NCBI GenBank assembly: GCA_036278915.1
Contig: DASUKB010000003.1
Coordinates: forward strand, 1-51,252
Direction of reading: 5' to 3'
Source of the DNA: Patescibacteria group bacterium
GTDB lineage: Bacteria > Patescibacteriota > Doudnabacteria > UBA920 > O2-02-FULL-48-8
DNA: 51,252 nucleotides
Every line of letters starts with the position of its first letter. Position 1 is the first letter of the stretch. Position numbers and translations under genes: made by a program. Positions 24,263 through 34,963 of this stretch are shown piece by piece. A model generated the notes under the pieces. It had not been told where the DNA came from and did no database searches. It worked only from the letters and a program-made list of their open reading frames with translations.

Positions 24263-24291
24263 GTAATCTATAATTAAACCAATCTAATTTT

Positions 24292-25905
<1,614 letters not shown>

Positions 25906-25991
25906 ACACGAACGAAGTCTAACATTTTGATACAAATTTTTCAAGCCGACCAGGGTTGAAGTGAGGAGAATAGGAGCTCGGACCTGTTTGG

Positions 25992-26000
25992 TGGTATAAT
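25992..26000 (+). promoter_or_regulatory. extended -10 element TGGTATAAT
   Basis: TGGTATAAT lies 24 nt upstream of ATG 26025. Confidence 0.4.
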
Positions 26001-26024
26001 GAGAAAAATTACTTCTTAATCCAG

Positions 26025-26408
26025 ATGCAGAACTACAACTCTAAAGTTAATGCTTACATTAAAAAGTTTCCCCTGTGGCAGCAGGATATATGCAATAATA
26101 TCAGAAAGCTTATCCACCAAGCTGAACCCATGATTAAGGAGGAAATAAAGAGAAGCGTCCAGCCATACTTTACATTTAGGGGAAACGTCGCGGCTTTATT
26201 AAATGCAAAAGATCATGTAACTGTTTTTATCTATGACCCAATTGCTCCTGATCCCAAAGGCCTAATTAATCAGGGCAAAAATAACCTTACAGGACGCGCA
26301 ATACAAATAAAACAAGGTGGTGTCATTAATTCCAGAGCGTTTATCCAACTTATCAAATCAGTTGTTAAGAACAATAAAGCTGGTGGCTGGCGGAAACTAA
26401 AAAATTGA
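26025..26408 (+). CDS. DUF1801 (YdhG-like) domain protein
   Basis: VNAYIKKFPLWQQDICNNIRKLIHQAEPMIKEEIKRSVQPYFTFRGNVAAL is the typical DUF1801 layout. Confidence 0.7.
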   Translation: MQNYNSKVNAYIKKFPLWQQDICNNIRKLIHQAEPMIKEEIKRSVQPYFTFRGNVAALLNAKDHVTVFIYDPIAPDPKGLINQGKNNLTGRAIQIKQGGVINSRAFIQLIKSVVKNNKAGGWRKLKN

Positions 26409-26468
26409 GGTAACAATTAAGTCGTATGTATTTGAACAAGGGTATTAGCATAACATGAAAGGAATGCC

Positions 26469-27035
26469 GTGGGAAAAGTAATTGCAGGCATGACTATATC
26501 TCTGGATGGGTTTATCAATGACCGTAACGGAAGCGTGGATAAACTTTTTTCGGATTTTACTGAACTTCATGATGTCCCAACTTTCAAGGAGATGATCAAA
26601 AACACCGGCGCTGTGATTATGGGAAAGAATGTATATGAGATGGCCGACCCTTTTATGTGGGCCAATGATGATTATGAATTCCAAACTCCCATATTTGTTT
26701 TGACACATACGCCGCCAGTAAAGTATCCCCAAGGAAATGGCAGGCTTAAGTTTACATTTGTAATTGATGGCATTGAGAGTGCGGTTTTGCAGGCAAAAAA
26801 AGCCGCGGGTGACAAGGATGTTCAGGTAATAGGCGCAAACACCATACAGCAATGCCTTAACGCGGGACTTTGCGATGAATTACAGCTAGATATCATACCT
26901 GTTCTCTTAGGAAAAGGAATAATACTGCTTGAAAACATAGATATAGATAAGATACAATTTGAAAGAACTAAAGTAGAAGAAGTTACCTCAATTCGAATAA
27001 GTATAACCTTCGCCGTAAGGTATCCAAATAATTAA
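26469..27035 (+). CDS. dihydrofolate reductase-like (RibD C-terminal domain) family protein
   Basis: GTG start with AAAGGAA SD. KVIAGMTISLDGFINDRNG...IMGKNVYE pattern. Confidence 0.8.
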   Translation: MGKVIAGMTISLDGFINDRNGSVDKLFSDFTELHDVPTFKEMIKNTGAVIMGKNVYEMADPFMWANDDYEFQTPIFVLTHTPPVKYPQGNGRLKFTFVIDGIESAVLQAKKAAGDKDVQVIGANTIQQCLNAGLCDELQLDIIPVLLGKGIILLENIDIDKIQFERTKVEEVTSIRISITFAVRYPNN

Positions 27036-27052
27036 ATTATTAAAGGAGATAT

Positions 27053-27658
27053 ATGCGAAAAATAATTGTTCAGGAGTTTATTACATTAGATGGGGTGATG
27101 CAGGCGCCGGGCGGACCGGACGAAGATACTTCCAGCGGCTTCAAATATGGCGGCTGGACCGCACCTTATTTTCGCGAAGCCGATGACGCGTCCGCCGATT
27201 TTATGGCAAGGTGGATGCAGTCCACAGATATTCTTTTGGGTCGGAAAACCTATGATATTTTCGCCGCGTTTTGGCCTAAACACGCGGACATGTGGCCGGG
27301 TATTCAAGACGTGAAAAAATACGTTATGTCCAAAACTTTGGCCGAGAACAAGTCGGACTGGAAAAATGTATCGTTCTTAAACAGCGCTGATGATATTAAA
27401 AAGCTTAAAGCATCAGAAGGCGGTGACATTAAAGTCCACGGCAGCGGTAATATGGCACAGACGTTGTTTAAACACGATTTGGTTGATGAATTGCTGCTAA
27501 TGACGTTCCCGATCACGCTCGGTACAGGCAAGCGTTTGTTCGGAGAGGGGACGATTCCTGCGGCTTTTACGATGACCGACAGCCTGGTTACGAAAAATGG
27601 GGTGATTTTTGCCAATTACAAGCGGGCCGGGGAAGTCAAAACCGGCACTGTCGGATAA
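27053..27658 (+). CDS. dihydrofolate reductase-like (RibD_C, YyaP-like) family protein
   Basis: MRKIIVQEFITLDGVMQAPGGPDEDTSSGFKYGGW....LLGRKTYDIF..FWP. Confidence 0.85.
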   Translation: MRKIIVQEFITLDGVMQAPGGPDEDTSSGFKYGGWTAPYFREADDASADFMARWMQSTDILLGRKTYDIFAAFWPKHADMWPGIQDVKKYVMSKTLAENKSDWKNVSFLNSADDIKKLKASEGGDIKVHGSGNMAQTLFKHDLVDELLLMTFPITLGTGKRLFGEGTIPAAFTMTDSLVTKNGVIFANYKRAGEVKTGTVG

Positions 27659-27669
27659 CCAGGAATTTT

Positions 27670-28221
27670 ATGAAAAAACTTATTATGTGGAATGTCGTCA
27701 CGTTGGACGGGTACTTCGAAGGTGAAAAGCCTTGGGATCTGAATTTCCACGCTCTTGCCTGGGGTAAAGAGCTTGAAGATTTTACCGCGGAACAGCTGAA
27801 AACTGTCAGTATTTTAGTGTTTGGCGAGAGGACTTTTAAAGGCATGGCTGAGCATTGGAGCAAAATCAAGGGAGAGACGGCCGAATATATGAATAAGCTG
27901 CCGAAGATTGTATGCTCGAAGACATTGTCAGCGGTGGATTGGAACAATACAACGATTGTCCATGACGCCGTGGCGGAATTATCGAAACTGAAACAAGAAG
28001 GTGACGGAAATATATTTGTATTTGGCAGCGGCAATTTGTCCGAATCGCTTATGAAAGCAAATCTCTTCGATGAGTACCGTTTGTGCGTTGCCCCGGTCTT
28101 TCTCGGGCAAGGCAACAGGCTGTTTAAAGAAGGCCTGCCTTACCAAAAACTAAAGTTGCTTGAGGCGAGAATGCTGCAAACAGGCGGAGTTATATTGAGG
28201 TACGCTCGTAATTTAGAATAG
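27670..28221 (+). CDS. dihydrofolate reductase-like (RibD_C) family protein
   Basis: KLIMWNVVTLDGYFEG...LVFGERTFKGM...IFVFGSGNL. Confidence 0.8.
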   Translation: MKKLIMWNVVTLDGYFEGEKPWDLNFHALAWGKELEDFTAEQLKTVSILVFGERTFKGMAEHWSKIKGETAEYMNKLPKIVCSKTLSAVDWNNTTIVHDAVAELSKLKQEGDGNIFVFGSGNLSESLMKANLFDEYRLCVAPVFLGQGNRLFKEGLPYQKLKLLEARMLQTGGVILRYARNLE

Positions 28222-28272
28222 GATAATCTATAATAAGTACAAAGGCCGGTGTGATTAACTCTCACAAAAACA

Positions 28273-28428
28273 ATGATCAAAGGTAACTTTCTTGGTGCGG
28301 CAATAGTCGCAATCATCTACACAATCTACATTCTAATACATCCGTTCCCAACAAAAGCGGGAAATGTGGTGGCTCTGGTTATTCTTAATGCTCTAACTAT
28401 CGTTTTGATGGCATTTGCATTCAAATAA
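28273..28428 (+). CDS. hypothetical 51-aa two-TM peptide
   Basis: MIKGNFLGAAIVAIIYTIYILIHPFPTKAGNVVALVILNALTIVLMAFAFK*. It lies upstream of terminator 28464-28495 and is below the track cutoff. Confidence 0.35.
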   Translation: MIKGNFLGAAIVAIIYTIYILIHPFPTKAGNVVALVILNALTIVLMAFAFK

Positions 28429-28463
28429 TAAAAAAATTATTTTTTGCCAAGCGACTCTCGGCC

Positions 28464-28495
28464 CAAAAAAAACACCACGCGAAGTGGTGCTTTTT
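28464..28495. terminator. bidirectional rho-independent terminator
   Basis: CACCAC(28473-28478)/GTGGTG(28484-28489) flanked by an A-run and a T-run. Confidence 0.6.
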
Positions 28496-28502
28496 GTAGT
28501 CG

Positions 28503-28859
28503 TTAACCGATTAGTCCAGCTAGGTGGAGCAACCAAACGCAGAGACTGAGTTCGACGAAAAATAATCCAAGCCCAATAGGACTGCCCCAGGAAAACCAGG
28601 AGCCCCAGGCGCGCCAGTTCATGAGCGGCCAGTTTTCGTCGCGATGTTTCTGGTGTTGTTCGTTTATATCCATATTTTTGGAATTGATTGGTAATTCGAC
28701 CTTTGGTTGCCCAAAGGATGGACGGGTGCGGCCTTGGCTAATCTTGGGAAGATTAAGGTTTGAATATGCACCACTTATATCCGTACCAATTATATCATAA
28801 TTAGCGCAAGCTGGTGTTTTTTGGTTATAATTAATGCATGTTCCAAGTATTCCATTCAC
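28503..28859 (-). CDS. hypothetical protein with Trp-rich C-terminal TM (start uncertain, possibly ATG 28673)
   Basis: The ORF ends 8 nt before the bidirectional terminator. C-terminal WRAWGSWFSWGSPIGLGLFFVELSLCVWLL. No SD is seen. Confidence 0.35.
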   Translation of the reverse strand: MNGILGTCINYNQKTPACANYDIIGTDISGAYSNLNLPKISQGRTRPSFGQPKVELPINSKNMDINEQHQKHRDENWPLMNWRAWGSWFSWGSPIGLGLFFVELSLCVWLLHLAGLIG

Positions 28860-29929
28860 ATTACCAAAAGGTGAGGGCTTTCTACAAAAAGTATGAAAGT
28901 TTTTTTATGCCGGCCCTTATTATCTGGGGATTCTTTTACCATTACATCACATTCAAGCTTATTCCCATTACCGACGTGCTATATTTGGTGTTCGGTTATC
29001 TGGCACTGGCCACGCTGACGATTATTTTCGTCCATCTGTATGATGAGCAGTTCATAACACAGAAGCTTCGATATGTGCGCCTGTTTGCACCGCTCCTCCT
29101 GCAGTTTACTATAGGTTCCATGATCGGTGGAGTTTTCATATTTTATTGGTTTTCAGGAAGCATTTTGGTCAGTTGGCCATTTATAACATTCATAGTGGTC
29201 CTGCTGGTAGGCCTGGAATTCTACAAGCATTATTTGGAAAACCCCATTGTTCAGTTCGCACTGTACAGTCTGGCTGCATTCTTGTTGTTTGCCGTAGCGC
29301 TGCCTTTCTTTTTTACATCCATAAATCCATTGTTGTTTATAACGGCCGGATGTATAAGTTTGGCACTGGCTTTTGCGCTCATCTGGCTTCTCAAAAAATC
29401 CCAGGCAATAGCAATCCGCAAACATAGAATTATAATTGCTTGCGTTTTTGTGTTTGCCGTTATGAATGTTTTTTATTTTTATAATTTTATCCCGCCGGTG
29501 CCGCTTTCCATACGCGATGCGGGAGTTTATCACAATGTGTCCAAGTCCGGCAGCGATTATGTGGTGGAATTTGAACCGCGAAGCTTCTGGCAGCGCCTGA
29601 GTTTAATTCCAACCATACATTTGGCCTCAGGCGAGCAGGCCTTTGTTTTTACATCCATCTATTCGCCCTCGGATCTGGACACGGATATCGTCCACGACTG
29701 GCAATATTTCGATCCGGCCCAGAACAAATGGATAAGCGAATCCAAAGTATCATTCCATCTTATAGGCGGCAGGCAAGACGGGTACCGCGGGTATTCTTAC
29801 AAAACAAATGTCACACCCGGCAAATGGCGGGTCTATACGGAAACTCCGCGCGGCCAAGTTCTGGGCGTGTCTGAATTTAAAGTGGCCAGCGTAAATCTGC
29901 CGCCAGCTTTGCAACAAGAAACAAAGTAG
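28838..29929 (+). CDS. multi-TM protein with C-terminal DUF2914-like domain
   Basis: About 7 TM helices, then DWQYFD...GGRQDGYRGYSYKTNVTPGKWRVYTETPRGQVLG, resembling DUF2914. Confidence 0.65.
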   Translation: MFQVFHSHYQKVRAFYKKYESFFMPALIIWGFFYHYITFKLIPITDVLYLVFGYLALATLTIIFVHLYDEQFITQKLRYVRLFAPLLLQFTIGSMIGGVFIFYWFSGSILVSWPFITFIVVLLVGLEFYKHYLENPIVQFALYSLAAFLLFAVALPFFFTSINPLLFITAGCISLALAFALIWLLKKSQAIAIRKHRIIIACVFVFAVMNVFYFYNFIPPVPLSIRDAGVYHNVSKSGSDYVVEFEPRSFWQRLSLIPTIHLASGEQAFVFTSIYSPSDLDTDIVHDWQYFDPAQNKWISESKVSFHLIGGRQDGYRGYSYKTNVTPGKWRVYTETPRGQVLGVSEFKVASVNLPPALQQETK

Positions 29930-29942
29930 GTTTTGAACCTGT

Positions 29943-30146
29943 TCACTTTTTGAATTCCAAAATGTCTCCAGGCTGGCAATCCAAAGCTTTGCAGATTGCT
30001 TCAAGAGTGGAAAAGCGAATCGCGCGGGCGTGTCCGTTTTTGAGAATCGAAATATTAGCCATGGTGATGCCGACTTTTTCCGTAAGTTCCGTGACGCTCA
30101 TTTTCCGTTTGGCCAGCATGACGTCGATGTTGATGATTATTGACAT
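29943..30146 (-). CDS. XRE-family HTH transcriptional regulator (YozG-like)
   Basis: IINIDVMLAKRKMSVTELTEKVGITMANISILKNGHARAIRFSTLEAICKALDCQPGDILEF is the diagnostic short HTH_26-type protein. Confidence 0.9.
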   Translation of the reverse strand: MSIIINIDVMLAKRKMSVTELTEKVGITMANISILKNGHARAIRFSTLEAICKALDCQPGDILEFKK

Positions 30147-30149
30147 AAG

Positions 30150-30602
30150 TTATTTGACTGCGGCATTTGGGATTTTTTTCCCAAGCTTCCCTGCGGCTAC
30201 GGCCACAATGAGCGAACCAAAAATGATAAGTATACCCAGAGTAAATGCGCCTGTGGCATCATCGTTGCCATGAGTGGACATGATGAATATTTCCTCGGCG
30301 ACAACAAAACCAATGACAGTCATGGCGCAATATTTAATCGTCCGCAGGGCTTTTACCGCCTCCGGCGAGGAGGCTTTATTTTGTCCGGCCAGTCCTAGCG
30401 CCTTGAATGCTTGGTAGACCCCAATGAAAAATGGAACAGATCCGATATAGACAAGCGCTATAAATGGGTCAAGATAGACTTCAAAAAAAGTTGAGTTCGC
30501 ATTCACGCCCTCCAGGTGGGGTTCCCAGAGCAGAGCAGAAAGCACGCCGATACCGATGATCACAACCACAATTTGAAAAAATATTGTTAAGCTTTTTTTC
30601 AT
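30150..30602 (-). CDS. DUF2975-like membrane protein
   Basis: 4-TM protein directly upstream of the yozG-like gene, the classic pairing. Confidence 0.65.
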   Translation of the reverse strand: MKKSLTIFFQIVVVIIGIGVLSALLWEPHLEGVNANSTFFEVYLDPFIALVYIGSVPFFIGVYQAFKALGLAGQNKASSPEAVKALRTIKYCAMTVIGFVVAEEIFIMSTHGNDDATGAFTLGILIIFGSLIVAVAAGKLGKKIPNAAVK

Positions 30603-30611
30603 AAAGTTAAT

Positions 30612-31094
30612 TTAGATAGTCAAATCGTTTTCGGATTTAATATTAATCGCACTCTGCAGAAGTTTTTCCAATACCGCGGCAAATGTTGCCACCACAAGCG
30701 GGCTGCTGGCAAAGGCCAGAGCGATAAGCCCCAGACCTGGCGCATCGTCCAACTGGGCAACGTGAAATAAATAGGGGATACCAACGGCATAACAGATGCT
30801 CATGGCGATGCTGCAATATTTGATTGACCCAAGAGCGTTCACCGAAATTTGCGAAAAAGCCCGATTGCTATCGATGTAATTTAGAAGTTTCCAAGCCTGG
30901 TACAGCGCAATAAAGAATGGCACCACAGATATGGTTATGCCGGCTATCAGAAAGTATAGTAAAACCCTGGCCCCAGGATATTCTGATGATGCGCCTCTAA
31001 AAATTGGAGGCAGCCCAAAGACGCAAACCGCGGCTGCGATGAGCCCTAATAACACGAGCACGGCTCGTAAAAACCATGTTGAACCCCTTTTCAT
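30612..31094 (-). CDS. DUF2975-like membrane protein (paralogue)
   Basis: 4-TM protein with the shared motif ...FFI(A/G)(L/V)YQA(W/F)K(L/A)L and ..A(L/V)..IKYC(S/A). Confidence 0.65.
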   Translation of the reverse strand: MKRGSTWFLRAVLVLLGLIAAAVCVFGLPPIFRGASSEYPGARVLLYFLIAGITISVVPFFIALYQAWKLLNYIDSNRAFSQISVNALGSIKYCSIAMSICYAVGIPYLFHVAQLDDAPGLGLIALAFASSPLVVATFAAVLEKLLQSAINIKSENDLTI

Positions 31095-31180
31095 ACAAAA
31101 GTTCCTTCCGTATTTTACTGGTGAATTTATGATAAATTACTATTTATCGTTTGTCAATATATAGTTATTATTGAAATCAG

Positions 31181-31207
31181 CAAAAAAAAACTGATCTTCT
31201 CGATCAG
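31181..31207 (-). terminator. rho-independent terminator of the ABC operon
   Basis: CTGATC(31191-31196)/GATCAG(31202-31207). The minus strand has a run of 9 T afterwards. Confidence 0.6.
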
Positions 31208-31226
31208 GATTTTTTAAATTAGGTTA

Positions 31227-31973
31227 TTATGTATTCCATTTAAACCACTTTATGCCGATCCAAGCGAATAAGCTGCCATAAACTAAGGTGATAAGCAGGG
31301 CCAGCCAAGCCTGGCCATTCCATATATGCGGCTGCATGCTAGCGTTTAAAATTTCCTTGACCGTGCCGTAAGGCGACCAGGTTATGATGTCGCCTATGAC
31401 TTTGCCCAGAACGCCGAATTCTCCAAGTGCCCCAAGCAGGATAATGGCTATATACAAAAATCTAGAAACGGAATTAATTGTCTCCGCGGAAGTAATAAGC
31501 CCCACAACCGCTTGTCCCAGTCCCAGATAAACCATGCCGCAGATGAGCGCGATAACCAAAGTAAACAGATAGGCAAGCGGCGACAAGGCGATTTTGTCCC
31601 AGTAATACCCGACCGCGAAAGCCACCACTGTCATGATTGCGATCTGTGCCAGCTCTACAGTCAAGCGGCTGGTCATAATGTTCCAGGTGCTGGCTGGCGT
31701 CACTCGCAATCTTTGGAACACGCCTCTTTCGCGATCTCTGGCCGTGGTGTTGGAATAGCCCATAAGCCCGACTGCCACCACTCCGAAAGTGATACACATA
31801 GACAGGGCGAACGGTCCGCCGAATTGCTTTACGACTTGTTTCCAGGCAATCAGAATTATGATCGGCAGCAGCACAGTTACGGCGCCTGCCCGGCGGTTTC
31901 TCCATTTCGCGAGGAAATCCGCCTTCAGCAGGGATCTGTATATCTGCGATTGTTTGGGGATTATTATTTCCAT
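31227..31973 (-). CDS. ABC-2 type transporter permease
   Basis: 6-TM protein. Start chosen at ATG 31973 (MEIIIPKQSQIYRS), 5 nt after the ATPase stop. The track ORF extends to 32024. Confidence 0.8.
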   Translation of the reverse strand: MEIIIPKQSQIYRSLLKADFLAKWRNRRAGAVTVLLPIIILIAWKQVVKQFGGPFALSMCITFGVVAVGLMGYSNTTARDRERGVFQRLRVTPASTWNIMTSRLTVELAQIAIMTVVAFAVGYYWDKIALSPLAYLFTLVIALICGMVYLGLGQAVVGLITSAETINSVSRFLYIAIILLGALGEFGVLGKVIGDIITWSPYGTVKEILNASMQPHIWNGQAWLALLITLVYGSLFAWIGIKWFKWNT

Positions 31974-31977
31974 AAAG

Positions 31978-32784
31978 TTATCTGCGGACTGTTTCGCCCG
32001 TGAGGCCAATAAACACGTCTTCAAGGGTAATTTTGCCGCCTCGGGAAACTTTAATTACGCGCGGATCTTCCCGGTGCTGGTCTATAAGTCCGGCTGGCGT
32101 GTTCGTGGCCAGAATTTTGCCATGGTCGATAATGGCGATGCGGTTGCATACTGCTTCAGCTTCTTCCATGGAGTGGGTGGTGAGCAAAACGCTTTTGCCG
32201 GAACCGCGCAGCACTTCGATGCGGCCCCAGAGCTGGCGACGGGATTGCGGATCGAGTCCCACAGTGGGTTCGTCCAAAAGCGCGAGCGTCGGATTGTGTA
32301 TAGTGGCGATGACCAGCGAAACCCGCTGCTGCTGGCCGCCGGAAAGCTGGCCAAAATGTTTCTTGGCGTCGGATTCAAGCTGGATGTCCTGCAAGATACT
32401 TTTAATTTTTTCCGCTGTCAGCGGCACGCCATAAAGTCCGGCATAGAGATTGAGAATTTCCAGGACGTTGAGCTCCGATTGGAAACTCGTGCTCTGAAGC
32501 TGCACGCCCATGTTGGCCCGCGCCCGCACCGGATCGGTTTGGATATCGTACCCGGCGATGTATATCGAGCCGGATTGGGGAGTGATGAGCCCTTCGATGG
32601 AACTTAGGGTGCTGGTTTTACCCGCGCCATTTGGTCCGAGCAGGCCGAAGATTTCGCCGTGTTCAATGCTAAAACTGACATCCGAAACCGCTTGCTGGCT
32701 GCCATAATAGACATTTAAATTTTCAACCTTCAGGATAGGTCCGGAAGAAGTATTTTCCATAAAATTACTTGGTAAGTATACCAT
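31978..32784 (-). CDS. ABC transporter ATP-binding protein
   Basis: Walker A GLLGPNGAGKTST, signature LSGGQQQRVSL, Walker B LALLDEPTVGLD, H-loop TTHSMEE. The start may be the internal MENTSS. Confidence 0.92.
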   Translation of the reverse strand: MVYLPSNFMENTSSGPILKVENLNVYYGSQQAVSDVSFSIEHGEIFGLLGPNGAGKTSTLSSIEGLITPQSGSIYIAGYDIQTDPVRARANMGVQLQSTSFQSELNVLEILNLYAGLYGVPLTAEKIKSILQDIQLESDAKKHFGQLSGGQQQRVSLVIATIHNPTLALLDEPTVGLDPQSRRQLWGRIEVLRGSGKSVLLTTHSMEEAEAVCNRIAIIDHGKILATNTPAGLIDQHREDPRVIKVSRGGKITLEDVFIGLTGETVRR

Positions 32785-32821
32785 ATTTAAACGCCATTTG
32801 GTGAATTATAATATATAAGCC

Positions 32822-32850
32822 TTGACTTATATATTTATCTGATTTATTAT
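32822..32850 (+). promoter_or_regulatory. sigma70-like promoter, leaderless arsR-like mRNA
   Basis: TTGACT (32822-32827), 17-nt spacer, TATTAT (32845-32850). ATG 32857 lies 6 nt after the -10. Confidence 0.5.
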
Positions 32851-32856
32851 ATTAAC

Positions 32857-33201
32857 ATGGATTTATTTCAAGCATTGGCAGAGTCAAAAAGACGGCATAT
32901 CGTAACGCTTATTGCCCAGGAAGGGCAGCTGACCGCCGGGGCGATTACCCGCAAATTTAAGATTTCCCAACCGGCTGTTTCGCAGCATCTGCAAGTTCTG
33001 CGTGCATCCGGCATTTTGCACATGGAGAAGTGGGGAAGGGAGCGCGTCTACCAGGTTGAGCCCAAAGCTTTGGCAGAGATCGAAGATTGGATCCATGACC
33101 TCAAAAAGCTCTGGCACGGCAGGCTCGACAGACTCGGGGCATTGCTTGAGGTCGAATCCAGGAAAACACGGAGGCATAATCGCGGTCCAGTACGTACTTG
33201 A
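32857..33201 (+). CDS. ArsR/SmtB-family HTH transcriptional regulator
   Basis: FQALAESKRRHIVTLIAQEGQLTAGAITRKFKISQPAVSQHLQVLRASGIL. Confidence 0.88.
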   Translation: MDLFQALAESKRRHIVTLIAQEGQLTAGAITRKFKISQPAVSQHLQVLRASGILHMEKWGRERVYQVEPKALAEIEDWIHDLKKLWHGRLDRLGALLEVESRKTRRHNRGPVRT

Positions 33202-33251
33202 AAGGCGAAAAAGTTAAAATAATTAAATTCCATCCCGGATGAAGTCCGGGG

Positions 33252-33749
33252 ATGGACAAGGAGAATGAAAGCATGGCACCAATTAAGGAAGTAACGTTTG
33301 AGAAAACATACGATGCGCCAATCGAGAAAGTTTGGCAGGCCTGGACCGACCCAGAAATGTTGAAGCAATGGTGGGGACCAGAAAATGTGATAATCCCAGA
33401 ATGCGAAGTGGACCTGCGCATTGGGGGTAAATTTTATATAGTGATGGAAGCCGGGGAGGCCATGGGCCCATACAAAGGCACGAAGTGGCCCATGGATGCA
33501 AAGTTTACGGTGGTGGAACCTAAATCAAAATTAGCCTACAGTTCCAAAGCCTGGACCGAGGGGGCTGCCGATGAGATGATGATTGAGCAGGATACGCAGC
33601 TTGAGCTGTCCGAGGAAAACGGCAAGACGAAGCTGAAGCTTAAGGCGTCTGTAAATAAGATCGGGCCGGGCGCGCAGATGGCAACCCAAGGCATGCAAGC
33701 CGGGTTTACCCAGCAACTCGACAAGCTGACCAACTTCCTGGCAAAATAG
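33252..33749 (+). CDS. SRPBCC-superfamily protein (AHSA1/Aha1-like domain)
   Basis: FEKTYDAPIEKVWQAWTDPEMLKQWWGP..., and the classic pairing with ArsR. Confidence 0.85.
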   Translation: MDKENESMAPIKEVTFEKTYDAPIEKVWQAWTDPEMLKQWWGPENVIIPECEVDLRIGGKFYIVMEAGEAMGPYKGTKWPMDAKFTVVEPKSKLAYSSKAWTEGAADEMMIEQDTQLELSEENGKTKLKLKASVNKIGPGAQMATQGMQAGFTQQLDKLTNFLAK

Positions 33750-33798
33750 CATTATAAAAACACTGGCCACAAGCTAGTGTTTTTGTTATTATCCAAAT

Positions 33799-34524
33799 AT
33801 GAATAAAAATATTACCATAGCAGGCGCGCAGGCCTATCATACTTATCCGGATGACGGCCAGAAGCATCCGGGACTTGTGCTCATCGAGGAGGTTTGGGGC
33901 GTAAATGAACATATCCGATCGGTGGCTGACCGGTTTGCAAATGTCGGCTTTAGCGTAGTCGCCCCGGAGTTGTTGCCGCCGGGCTTGCTTGAGATGGCCA
34001 CGCCGCAAATTCAAAAAGATTTGTTTGATCCGGTAAAGCGCGACGAAATTCAGCCCAAACTTCGCGAAGCCATGGAGCCTATAAGGCAGCCGAAATTCGC
34101 GTCGGGCGCGATCGTGATCCTTAAAGCCTGTGTTGATTATCTCATGGCAGATGAACATGTGAATGGCCGGATTGCGGTGCTTGGATTTTGTTTTGGCGGT
34201 ACTTATGCTTATCATCTGGCTGCGCAGGATTCCCGAATCAAAGCCACAATCCCTTTTTACGGCCAGCCGCCCAAAGATGATGAGATCCCAAAAATTATTT
34301 GTCCGGTGCTTGCCTTTTATGGCGACCAGGACGCGCATCTTATGGAAACTCTGCCGAAATTAAAAGAGACTATGCAAAGTCAGCATAAAAATTTTGAAGC
34401 AGTTGTGTATCCGAATATTGGGCACGCATTCTTTAACGACACGAACACTCGTATGTATAACAAACAGGCCGCAGACGACGCCTGGCAGAAAGCTGTAACT
34501 TTTCTTGAAAATAATCTAAAATAA
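33799..34524 (+). CDS. dienelactone hydrolase family protein
   Basis: PGLVLIEEVWGVNEHIRSVADRFANVGFSVVAPEL, nucleophile elbow GFCFGG, and C-terminal GHAF. Confidence 0.88.
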   Translation: MNKNITIAGAQAYHTYPDDGQKHPGLVLIEEVWGVNEHIRSVADRFANVGFSVVAPELLPPGLLEMATPQIQKDLFDPVKRDEIQPKLREAMEPIRQPKFASGAIVILKACVDYLMADEHVNGRIAVLGFCFGGTYAYHLAAQDSRIKATIPFYGQPPKDDEIPKIICPVLAFYGDQDAHLMETLPKLKETMQSQHKNFEAVVYPNIGHAFFNDTNTRMYNKQAADDAWQKAVTFLENNLK

Positions 34525-34526
34525 AT

Positions 34527-34706
34527 ATGAAACGACCACTTTGGGTTTATATAATCGGAGTAATTATTGCTTTGATCATCGTTAACTACATATCGTATCT
34601 GATTGGCGGAACGGATAGGTTGCGTATGGTTATGGACGTTTCAATCGGATTTTTGCTGGGCATGCTTGCTATGTATATAGCGGTGCATCTTTACACCTGG
34701 AAATAA
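34527..34706 (+). CDS. hypothetical 59-aa two-TM peptide
   Basis: MKRPLWVYIIGVIIALIIVNYISYLIGG..VSIGFLLGMLAMYIAVHLYTWK*. The start lies 3 nt after the upstream stop. Below the track cutoff. Confidence 0.4.
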   Translation: MKRPLWVYIIGVIIALIIVNYISYLIGGTDRLRMVMDVSIGFLLGMLAMYIAVHLYTWK

Positions 34707-34729
34707 ACATTTAAAAAGGAGAAATAATC

Positions 34730-34906
34730 ATGTGGCAACAATTTGTTAACGGTTCGCTCGGTGTGGCAAGCATATTTGCGCTGTACCCATATGCTTCCTC
34801 CGAGACCGGTCACGTACTGGTTGTGGTTTTTGGCGTGCTTGTCGCGATCTTTGGGTACTGGGGCGGAGCGGTTGCGCGCAGGCACAGAAACCAGATAATT
34901 AAATAG
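34730..34906 (+). CDS. hypothetical 58-aa two-TM peptide
   Basis: AAAGGAGAAATAATC precedes the ATG. MWQQFVNGSLGVASIFALYPY..HVLVVVFGVLVAIFGYWGG... A terminator follows. Confidence 0.45.
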   Translation: MWQQFVNGSLGVASIFALYPYASSETGHVLVVVFGVLVAIFGYWGGAVARRHRNQIIK

Positions 34907-34922
34907 ATACTTTGGGTTAAAT

Positions 34923-34952
34923 AAAAAACCTGACAGGAATGTCAGGTTTTTT
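34923..34952. terminator. bidirectional rho-independent terminator
   Basis: AAAAACCTGACA/TGTCAGGTTTTT 12-bp stem with GGAA loop. Confidence 0.75.
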
Positions 34953-34963
34953 AGATTGTGAGC

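Noticed and set aside
31789-32607. 272-aa and 144-aa plus-strand ORFs
   Set aside because: They are antisense to the ABC ATPase, whose Walker A, signature and Walker B motifs are all on the minus strand.
33706-34338. 210-aa minus-strand ORF
   Set aside because: It is antisense to the dienelactone hydrolase gene, and I recognise no motif in it.
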